Below, one piece after another: positions 1 through 8,167 of a stretch of 16,597 nt of DNA. The notes under the pieces were generated by a model. That model was not told the origin of the DNA. It was given only the letters and a program-made list of their open reading frames with translations, and made no database searches. Each line of letters begins with the position of its first letter. Position 1 is the first letter of the stretch. Made by a program: the position numbers and the translations under genes. Origin of the DNA: a bacterium. Lineage in GTDB: Bacteria > Desulfobacterota > DSWW01. The stretch is from NCBI GenBank assembly GCA_040756235.1, contig JBFLZG010000153.1:9628-26224 (forward strand), written 5' to 3'.

Positions 1-407
1 CCGGTTCCGGCTGCGCACTTCGACGTGGAGATCGCGTTGACGATTCTCCCGTCCTTCATCGGATAGACGGTGAACGCCTCTCCCCCGAGGGAAAGCAGGA
101 CGTCCGGCTCGAGCCCGTGGAACGACAGGGCCTTTTCCATGCATTCCGTCTCGGAGCGGTAGGGGAGATCGAAGAGAGACCTAGCCGCCTGGCCGGTGAC
201 CACGATGCGCAGCGGGCTGCCGTCGTCGGCCCGCTCCAGGATCTCTTTGAGCTTGTTCCCGGGATCGCCCTCGTGGCGTGCGACGACTGCGCTCGTGCCG
301 CCGTCCTGGCCGCGCCGGACCCATTTCACCGATACCGCCCCGATCTCCACGCCTGCTGCGTGGGCGTATCCCGAGAATTCCCCTTGCGTCTGTTCTTCCC
401 GTCTCAT
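1..407 (-). CDS. Acyl-CoA dehydratase activase / CoA-substrate-specific enzyme activase (BadF/BadG/BcrA/BcrD-type ASKHA ATPase), N-terminal part; runs off the left edge
   Basis: Manual translation from ATG at 407 (RBS GGAGGAGA just upstream): MRREEQ...AGVEIGAVSVKWV...RIVVTGQAAR...SETECMEKAL...VLLSLGGEAF...STSKCAAGTG. The motif order matches GxDxGSTxxK / VxTG / ExxC / IDIGGQD / KCAAGTG (Fe-S ligand Cys). It is absent from the ORF track, probably because there is no stop codon in the window. Confidence 0.88.
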   Translation of the reverse strand, partial: MRREEQTQGEFSGYAHAAGVEIGAVSVKWVRRGQDGGTSAVVARHEGDPGNKLKEILERADDGSPLRIVVTGQAARSLFDLPYRSETECMEKALSFHGLEPDVLLSLGGEAFTVYPMKDGRIVNAISTSKCAAGT

Positions 408-532
408 GTCTCCTCCGTCCCATCGGCAGACGGACTCTCCCCGCCCAGTCCGTGAAGCCCCGTGGCTCCCAGACTTTTCATTACAGCAGCACCGGCGTGA
501 AATCAAAAGCTTCTTCGGCGGAGAGAGGGGGC

Positions 533-1444
533 TCAGCCCTTACGGCTCGGGTCCGCGAGCGGCCGCTGCTTGTAGAGAGGAGAACCGAAGTCGATGGAGG
601 CGGGGTCGATCCTCCACTTGAATCGCCCCTCGGAGGCTGCGATCTCGAGGTTCCTGACATAGTGCTTGGCAAATTCCGGGGCCAGGGCGAACATCAGCTC
701 GAGGATGTCCCCTCCGACCGCCCGCTCCGGGCAAACATTGACGCAGTAAAAGCAGTAAACGCACGGTCGTTGGATACGGGGCGGGTCCGCCTCGATGTCG
801 ATTCCGCCGACCGGGCAATGCTCCTGACAGAGGCCGCACCGTGTACATCGCTCGAGGTCGATGCGCAGGGGCGGCAGGGAACGCGCAAGAAAGGCGCGTG
901 TGAAGCCCTGCGCAACCCATTTCCAGAGGTCCGGACAGGACTCGGGCGGAGGGATCAGATTCGTTTCTCCGGCCGAGATCCGCAGGCTCGTTTCCGGGAT
1001 CCTGCGGCCGAAATCCCACGCCTCTTGCAGCTCGGCCTCGTCCGGATGCCCGTACGTCACGAACGGGTAGGGGTAAAATGGCAGGAACGCATCGGCATAG
1101 GTGTGATAGTAGCCGACCACCTTGGCCCCCTTGCCGTTCAGGATCTCGGCCATGGAAAGAAACATGGTGCCCCACATGGAGCCGTGCGTGCCGAACAGAA
1201 ACCAGTGCTTCCCGTGCTGTTCGCCGAGCCTTTTCAGAAAATCGCGCACGTGCCACGGCTCCTGCCAGTAGAACACCGGCGTCCCCAGGCCGACGAGATC
1301 GTAAGACGCAAAGGATGCCGGGTCCGCTTCCTTGAGAGTCCTCAGATCGCAGTGGCTCGTTGCCTGCACGATCCCGTCCCGGATGCGCTCGGCCACCTTG
1401 CGCGTGTTGCCGGTCTGCGAAAAGTAGATGACCAGAGTCTTCAT
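533..1444 (-). CDS. EFR1-like flavodoxin-ferredoxin fusion (N-terminal flavodoxin, C-terminal 2x[4Fe-4S])
   Basis: N-terminal flavodoxin FMN loop VIYFSQTGNTRKVA and LVGLGTPVFY. C-terminal CTRCGLCQEHCP and CVYCFYCVNVCP. RBS GGAGG upstream of the ATG. Confidence 0.9.
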   Translation of the reverse strand: MKTLVIYFSQTGNTRKVAERIRDGIVQATSHCDLRTLKEADPASFASYDLVGLGTPVFYWQEPWHVRDFLKRLGEQHGKHWFLFGTHGSMWGTMFLSMAEILNGKGAKVVGYYHTYADAFLPFYPYPFVTYGHPDEAELQEAWDFGRRIPETSLRISAGETNLIPPPESCPDLWKWVAQGFTRAFLARSLPPLRIDLERCTRCGLCQEHCPVGGIDIEADPPRIQRPCVYCFYCVNVCPERAVGGDILELMFALAPEFAKHYVRNLEIAASEGRFKWRIDPASIDFGSPLYKQRPLADPSRKG

Positions 1445-1496
1445 GTCCTGCCCTCCAGCTCGGCCGTGTTGGGCCCTCCTCTCGAGTCAGGCCGGC

Positions 1497-1532
1497 AGCA
1501 TGAAGATCCTCGCATGTTCTTGTCAAGAACAT
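1497..1532 (-). promoter_or_regulatory. Putative sigma70 promoter (TTGACA-18 nt-CATGCT) with an overlapping perfect palindromic operator
   Basis: Minus strand has TTGACA at 1526-1521 and CATGCT at 1502-1497. The perfect inverted repeat ATGTTCTTG-T-CAAGAACAT spans 1514-1532. The -10 box lies about 50 nt upstream of the ATG at 1444. Confidence 0.6.
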
Positions 1533-1618
1533 TTTTCGTGCGCCGCCGTGAAGGCTCGCCGGAGCGCGGCCGGGTCGCGAGGAGACGGGGAATGAGGCGA
1601 TCAGTCGGAGGAAGGCGA

Positions 1619-2545
1619 TCAGCCGAGGGAGGCGAGAAGGTCCCGGGCCTGGACGAGCAAGCTCTCTTCAGCCTCTTCCTGCCGGCTCAAGAGGTCTTCA
1701 AGGACCTCACCGGCTTCGGGCTTGCGGCCGAGGCCGGCGAGAATGCGTGCGGCAGCCAGGGAGCCGTAGCGGAAGCGGGCGTTCATGCTCGCGCAGCGCA
1801 GCAGAACGTGGACCGCTTCCTCGGCCGCATTTCGCTTCAACAGGACGTCGGCCAGGTACAGGGCCACTTCGTCGTCCCCAGGGTCGAGAAGATGAGCCTG
1901 TCGCAGATGCCTGGCGGCGCCTGCCGGGTCGCCGCTCGCCTCGCACCGCCTGGCGGCATGGAGGAGCGGTTCGATCTGTTGCTTGCAGGGAGCGTCCTTC
2001 CGGCAGAAGAAGACCCCGTACCGGGCACCCGTAGGAATCCGGAACTCCTGGAAGGTACAAGGGTAGGCCAGGAAGTCTTCGACCTCCCACCGGCTCCTGT
2101 GCAACTCGCCCGGGTTGCCGTAGGCCTCAGGGTGGTCCCAGCCCGGCCCCAGGGGAATGTTGACGAGGAGGGCGCGAAGCGCCCTGTCATAAAGGTGCCG
2201 CAGGACCTCTTCGCCCTCGCGCTTCTCGAGATGCTCGATCACGTCTCCTGCGATGATGAGGTCATAGGCGTCGATCCGGGGAGCTGCCTCGCGGATGTCC
2301 GCAATGATCAGGCGGTCGTAGAGCGCACGCTGGTGGTCCATGATGTAGGGCTCGAACAGCTCGATCCCGTCGATCCGAATCTGCCAGTCCTGCGGTCGAA
2401 CGCGCGCGCGCGCGACGTCCAGGTACTCGCGGCACAGGAAGCCCCACAGGCCGAACCCGCAGCCCACGTCGAGCACCGATCTCGGCGCGAGGGAGAGGAT
2501 CAGACTCAGGCAGTGACTGATGTGGCCGCTTGTGCTGATCGGCAT
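1619..2545 (-). CDS. Class I SAM-dependent methyltransferase with C-terminal TPR-like helical repeats
   Basis: SVLDVGCGFG (motif I), IDGIE, YDLIIAGDVIEHL. C-terminal AARHLRQAHLLDPGD..ALYLADVLL..EEAVHVL and AARILAGLGRKPEAGEVLE look like TPR helices. Start moved to ATG 2545, which follows GGAGG. Confidence 0.82.
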   Translation of the reverse strand: MPISTSGHISHCLSLILSLAPRSVLDVGCGFGLWGFLCREYLDVARARVRPQDWQIRIDGIELFEPYIMDHQRALYDRLIIADIREAAPRIDAYDLIIAGDVIEHLEKREGEEVLRHLYDRALRALLVNIPLGPGWDHPEAYGNPGELHRSRWEVEDFLAYPCTFQEFRIPTGARYGVFFCRKDAPCKQQIEPLLHAARRCEASGDPAGAARHLRQAHLLDPGDDEVALYLADVLLKRNAAEEAVHVLLRCASMNARFRYGSLAAARILAGLGRKPEAGEVLEDLLSRQEEAEESLLVQARDLLASLG

Positions 2546-2795
2546 TTCCGAGGCCCCTCCTCTGACGCGCCTCATGGAAGGATGCGCTGTTTTTGAGCGC
2601 CAGAAACAGATGATCGGAAGTCCGGCAAAATAGCTTGAGAGATCCGTCTATTTGAGCGATAAAGGCTATACGGAGAGCCGTAGCTGCCCTGCAGGCTCCT
2701 GGGGTGCCGCGCAGGGCTGACCCTGGTTCGCGCAGAACAGTGACGGACACCAGCATGTGTGCGGCATCGACGCACGAGGACGGAAAGGATCGGGA

Positions 2796-4370
2796 ATGAC
2801 GGGGTCGAGCTTCGGCGAGCAGAGGACGGCCCGGAGTCTTCCGGACAAATGCGAAAGCCCGACTGCCGGTGAGGCGCCTGCCGGACGCTGGCGCAGCGGG
2901 ATCGGTCTCCCGTTGGGTCCGGCCGTGGCACTGGCGCTCTACCTGCTTCCCATGCCGTCCCTGAGCACCCAGGCCCATCGTCTGGCTGCCGTCATCGCCT
3001 GGGTCGCGCTGTGGTGGGTCACGGAGCCGATCCCCCTGCCGATGACCGCCCTCATGGGTGCGGCCCTGTGCGTGCTTTGCGGCATCTCCGACGTCAAGAC
3101 CGTGTTCGCGCCGTTCGCCGACCCCACGATCGCGCTCTTCCTGGGCAGCTTCATCCTGGCTGAAGCCATGGCCATCCACGGGCTGGACAAGCGCTTCGCC
3201 TTTGCCATCATGTCGCTGAAGTCCGTGGGGGGCAGCACGGGCCGGATCCTGTTCGCTTTCGGATCGATCTGTGCCTTCACCTCCATGTGGATCAGCAACA
3301 CCGCCACCACCGCCATGATGTTTCCGGTCGGCGTCGGGATCGTCTCCGCCATGGCCGAGATCCTGGCCGAGCGGTCCGGCAGGCGGATCGAGCCGGCCAA
3401 GCTGCGCTACGGCACCGGCATGATGCTGATGGCCGCCTATGCCGCCTCGGCCGGGGGCATCGGCACGCCGGTCGGCAGCCCGCCCAACCTGATCGGCATC
3501 GCGATGATCGAGAGGTTCTGCAACGTTCGCATCCCTTTCTTCCAGTGGATGTCTTTTGCGGTCCCTCTGCTGATCGTCCTGTTCGTCCTGCTCTACCTCC
3601 TGATGTACGGGCTGCACAAACCGGAGCTGGCCCGGATCGAGGGCAGCCGGGAATACCTGAGCCGGGAGCGCGCCCGCCTGGGAGCCTGGACCGCCGGACA
3701 GAAGAACGCCCTGGCCGCCTTCCTCGTGACGGTCGTGCTGTGGTTGACGCCCGGCGTGCTGGCCGTGCTCTACGGTGCGGACGCGCCCGTATGCAAGGCG
3801 TACGGCAAGCACGTTCCGGAAGGGGTCGCGGCCCTGACCGGCGCCCTGCTGCTCTTCGTGCTGCCCGTGAGCTGGAGGCGGGGTGAGTTCACGATCTCCT
3901 GGAGCCAGGCGGCCCGGATCGACTGGGGCACCCTGCTCCTGTTCGGCGGCGGCATCAGTCTCGGCAATCTCATGTTCGAATCCAAGCTCGCCGAGGCGGT
4001 CGGGAAAGGGCTCCTGGAACTGAGCGGCGCGACCTCTCTCTGGGGCATCACGCTCGGGGCGATCTTCATCGCGATCCTGGTGAGCGAGACCTCCTCGAAT
4101 ACCGCTTCAGCGACCATGGTCGTTCCGGTCATGATCTCGCTGGCGCAGGCCGCGGGCGTGGATCCGATTCCACCGGCCATCGGCGCCACCCTCGGGGCGA
4201 GCTGGGGTTTCATGCTGCCGGTTTCCACTCCGCCCAACGCCATCGTATACGGGTCGGGCATGATCCCGATCACCAAGATGGTCCGGGCCGGAATCTTCTT
4301 CGACCTCCTGGGCGGCCTCACGATATGGGTCGGGTTGAGGGTGCTGCTTCCGCTCGCCGGCCTCATCTGA
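2796..4370 (+). CDS. DASS/SLC13 family sodium-coupled di/tricarboxylate or anion symporter
   Basis: Motifs WWVTEPIP, SMWISNTAT, GGIGTPVGSPPN, IDWGTLLLFGGG, SETSSNTAS and FMLPVSTPPNAIVYG, with many hydrophobic segments. Start ATG 2796 follows AAGGA. Confidence 0.93.
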   Translation: MTGSSFGEQRTARSLPDKCESPTAGEAPAGRWRSGIGLPLGPAVALALYLLPMPSLSTQAHRLAAVIAWVALWWVTEPIPLPMTALMGAALCVLCGISDVKTVFAPFADPTIALFLGSFILAEAMAIHGLDKRFAFAIMSLKSVGGSTGRILFAFGSICAFTSMWISNTATTAMMFPVGVGIVSAMAEILAERSGRRIEPAKLRYGTGMMLMAAYAASAGGIGTPVGSPPNLIGIAMIERFCNVRIPFFQWMSFAVPLLIVLFVLLYLLMYGLHKPELARIEGSREYLSRERARLGAWTAGQKNALAAFLVTVVLWLTPGVLAVLYGADAPVCKAYGKHVPEGVAALTGALLLFVLPVSWRRGEFTISWSQAARIDWGTLLLFGGGISLGNLMFESKLAEAVGKGLLELSGATSLWGITLGAIFIAILVSETSSNTASATMVVPVMISLAQAAGVDPIPPAIGATLGASWGFMLPVSTPPNAIVYGSGMIPITKMVRAGIFFDLLGGLTIWVGLRVLLPLAGLI

Positions 4371-4468
4371 CCGACCGCACGGCTGCAGGATGCCCTTGAC
4401 CCTCTGGCTGCGGTCGTTGTAAGGATCTGTTCATCCGTATCGGGACGACAGGAACCGGAGCAGGAGAC

Positions 4469-5356
4469 GTGCAAGTGCGCAGCTTTCTGACAGGCATCGG
4501 GTTTCTCCTGATCGTGTTCGGCCTGGCGGTTCCGGCGGCGCCGGACAGTTTCGAGAGGGCGGCGAGCGGGGCGCTTCCGGACGAACGAGCCCAGGGAGCC
4601 GTCTTCGAGCCGAACCCGCCGGGTCTCACCCTCGGGCCTTCCAAGGGCCGATCGGTCCTGGATTGGGGCCATTCCTTCCTGCCTCACTGGGGCAGCCTGG
4701 CGCCGGCGAAGGCGGGACAGAGAAGAGTCCTGCACCTGCAGCCGACCTGGCTCGTCCCCGGCGGACCCCTCTGGAAAAGCGATTCCTTCTTTTCCGCTCT
4801 TTCCGAGATCGACGCCCTGCTGCAGCTGGCCGGAGCCGGGTACCATTTCATGGGCCCCGAAAACATCAACGGGTGGAGCGAAGGTTCGTACGCGCACATC
4901 CGCGAAGCGCTCCACAGCAAGCCGGAATGGGACACGGACAACTTCTTTCTGAACTACGTAGGGCATCCCTATGCGGGCAGTTGCTTCTATTTGATGGGCA
5001 GAAACAGAGGGCTGGGGATCTTCGGGTCCTGGCTGGTCAGCACGTGCGGCTCTGTTCTCTGGGAGTATGTCTACGAGGGGCTGTACGAGACCCCGTCGGC
5101 CAACGACCTGATCACGACTTCGAACGTCGGCTTTCTGATCGGGGAGATCAGCTGGCAGGCCAAGAAGGTCCTGGTCAAGAGCGACCGGACCCGGGAGGCC
5201 CTTTGGAAGAAGGCCCTGATCTTCGTCGTGGACCCCTGGGATCTCATCAGCCGGACCCTCCACTTCGGTCCCCTCTGGGCAGCGGACCGCTTTCAGATGA
5301 ACCCGTTCTGCTTGCGCGCCCGCCCGTCCTATCTTCCGCAGCGCTGGGAAGACTGA
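4469..5356 (+). CDS. DUF3943-like exported/membrane protein
   Basis: N-terminal signal-like segment. The stretch WDTDNFFLNYVGHPYAGSCFY..GRNRG...GSVLWEYVYE..ETPSANDLITT..GFLIGE resembles the DUF3943 signature as I recall it. GTG start follows GGAG. Confidence 0.72.
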   Translation: MQVRSFLTGIGFLLIVFGLAVPAAPDSFERAASGALPDERAQGAVFEPNPPGLTLGPSKGRSVLDWGHSFLPHWGSLAPAKAGQRRVLHLQPTWLVPGGPLWKSDSFFSALSEIDALLQLAGAGYHFMGPENINGWSEGSYAHIREALHSKPEWDTDNFFLNYVGHPYAGSCFYLMGRNRGLGIFGSWLVSTCGSVLWEYVYEGLYETPSANDLITTSNVGFLIGEISWQAKKVLVKSDRTREALWKKALIFVVDPWDLISRTLHFGPLWAADRFQMNPFCLRARPSYLPQRWED

Positions 5357-5544
5357 CGAGCAGCGCCGCGCCGCCTGGCTTACGGCCGGCGCTACGGTCA
5401 GAGATCGAACAGCCGCAGGAGCGTGCGGGCCAGGTCCGCGATGTGCCCGGCCGCGGTGACGTCGAAGTCTCCATCTGGGCCGTCTCCTTTCCTTCTCCGG
5501 ATCGGCGGGTACCGGGCGCAGGCGTCGCCGCTCGCCATCTCACA

Positions 5545-5553
5545 TGTTATGAT
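5545..5553 (+). promoter_or_regulatory. Possible extended -10 promoter (TGnTATGAT) for the sui1-cupin-AKR genes
   Basis: TG-T-TATGAT lies in a locally AT-rich patch about 100 nt upstream of the sui1 start. Confidence 0.35.
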
Positions 5554-5650
5554 GATTTCGGAAGAGAAGATGGATGGCGGTTTTTCGCCCGAAGGGCCGC
5601 ACGCGACCTCGGCCCAAGGTGTCGGATTAGCGGTCAAGAGGAGCAGGAAC

Positions 5651-5995
5651 GTGAGCATCGTGTACTCGACCGAGCACGGCAGGATGTGTCCCGAATGCAG
5701 CATGCCCGCCGCTCGCTGTGTCTGCCGCTCAGGAAAGAAACCCGCAAGGGGAGAAGGCGGGACCGTGAGAGTCGGGCGAGAGACAAAGGGGCGCAAGGGG
5801 AAGGGAGTGACCGTCATCAGCGGGCTTGGGCTGCCGCAGGAAGAGCTGTTGAAGCTCGCCGGCGAGCTCAAGAGAAGGTGCGGCAGCGGCGGGACCGTCA
5901 AGGACGGGGTCATCGAGGTCCAGGGCGACCACCGGGACCTGATCGTTGAAGAGCTGCGAAAGCGCGGTCACACGGCCAAGCGGTCGGGCGGCTGA
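5651..5995 (+). CDS. yciH: Translation initiation factor Sui1/eIF1 homologue (YciH family)
   Basis: IVYSTEHGRMCPEC...VRVGRETKGRKGKGVTVISGL...LKRRCGSGGTVKDGVIEVQGDHR. GTG at 5651 follows AGGAG, giving a family-typical 114 aa. Confidence 0.93.
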   Translation: MSIVYSTEHGRMCPECSMPAARCVCRSGKKPARGEGGTVRVGRETKGRKGKGVTVISGLGLPQEELLKLAGELKRRCGSGGTVKDGVIEVQGDHRDLIVEELRKRGHTAKRSGG

Positions 5996-6038
5996 CCCTG
6001 TCCCGACTGCCCGGACGTCGGATCGCCGGGAGGTGAAC

Positions 6039-7591
<1,553 letters not shown>

Positions 7592-7609
7592 CCCCGGGGG
7601 CGATCGCCT

Positions 7610-7685
7610 CTGTAAGAGCCGAACCGCACAGTCGGTAGCTGGACACGCCTGCGGCTTTGTCCCCCCTACCGAGTTGTTCTCACAG
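7610..7685. repeat. Long imperfect palindrome with a GTAG-type core
   Basis: Nested arm pairs: CTGTAAGAGC/GTTCTCACAG (8 of 10), TCGGTAG (7632-7638)/CTACCGA (7666-7672) and GGACA/TGTCC. Confidence 0.55.
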
Positions 7686-7750
7686 CTCGCTCGCGACTAT
7701 ATTCTATTCGTCATCCCGGCCCATCTGCGCAGCGCGTGACAGCCGGGATC

Positions 7751-7777
7751 GTAGGGGCGACCGGCGGTCGCCCTTAC
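7751..7777 (+). repeat. GTAG-type REP
   Basis: GTAGGGGCGACC-GGC-GGTCGCCCTTAC is a near-perfect hairpin starting with the GTAG tag. It belongs to the same family as 16370 and 16561. Confidence 0.8.
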
Positions 7778-7812
7778 GAGTGACGGGCAGCACGGCCTGG
7801 ATTCCGGCCTCC

Positions 7813-8022
7813 GAGGCTGTGTCACAATTCGTCATCCCGGCCCATGTGCGAAGCGCGACAGAGCCGGGATCCAGAAGGGTGCACCAGGACCAGCTGTGGT
7901 AACTGGGCGCAGGGACTGGATTCCGGCCTTCGCCGGAATGACGGAAATCATGCGGCTGCGCCTCCAAGTCCTCCGGAATGAGTGGTCGCACGAGGGTCTG
8001 ACCGGATTTATGACACAGCCTC
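7813..8022. mobile_element. Non-autonomous MITE-like element (210 bp)
   Basis: Terminal inverted repeats GAGGCTGTGTCACAA (7813-7827) and TTATGACACAGCCTC (8008-8022) match at 14 of 15 positions. Flanking 4-bp duplication CTCC/CTTC. No ORF of transposase size. Confidence 0.75.
7830..7946 (+). repeat. Intact CGTC-type REP doublet (REPIN-like) inside the MITE
   Basis: CGTCATCCCGGCCCATGTGCGAAGCGCGACAGAGCCGGGATCCAG, a spacer, then GCAGGGACTGGATTCCGGCCTTCGCCGGAATGACGGAA. Homologous to 16160-16279. Confidence 0.82.
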
Positions 8023-8070
8023 CTTCGCCGGAATGACGGAAATGAGTCTTTGGGTCCCGGGGCGCAGCGG

Positions 8071-8135
8071 CACTCCCGCTTGCGCGGGAATGACCGGTTT
8101 GGCTTATGGAGCAAGCCCTCGCGCCCGAATGACGG
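8071..8135 (-). repeat. Further CGTC-family palindrome and a remnant
   Basis: Minus strand reads GTCATTCCCGCGCAAGCGGGAGTG (ATTCCC-N8-GGGAGT form) at 8071-8094. A remnant CCGTCATTCGGG at 8124-8135 also occurs on the plus strand at 10329-10340. Confidence 0.55.
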
Positions 8136-8167
8136 ACGAGGATGGACCTGGCGGAAGCTGCATCCGA

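Larger units (their letters stand above)
7709..8040 (+). repeat. Outer CGTC-type REP doublet whose right arm is split by a MITE
   Basis: Left arm CGTCATCCCGGC...GCCGGGATC at 7709-7750. The right arm is split into CTGGATTCCGGCCTCC (7797-7812) and CTTCGCCGGAATGACGGA (8023-8040). Confidence 0.78.

Noticed and set aside
1516..1530. GTTC-N7-GAAC as a LexA box
   Set aside because: Orientation and spacing match neither GAAC-N4-GTTC nor the direct repeat GTTC-N7-GTTC.
2401..2414. (CG)7 run as a possible Z-DNA or phase-variable tract
   Set aside because: It lies inside an intact methyltransferase frame encoding Ala/Arg residues and is unremarkable at this GC content.
278..2596. 772-aa plus-strand ORF, and similar long ORFs at 10774-13695, 10829-12694, 14314-15831, 2262-3812, 3770-5263, 7704-9635 and 7982-9199
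   Set aside because: They overlap genes with clear family motifs in antisense or shifted frames and show no recognisable motifs. Such shadow ORFs are typical of high-GC DNA.
2701..2740. GGGGTGCC...GGCTGA resembling the start of a TPP riboswitch
   Set aside because: It lacks the conserved CTGAGA and the downstream ACCTG/GGGA elements.
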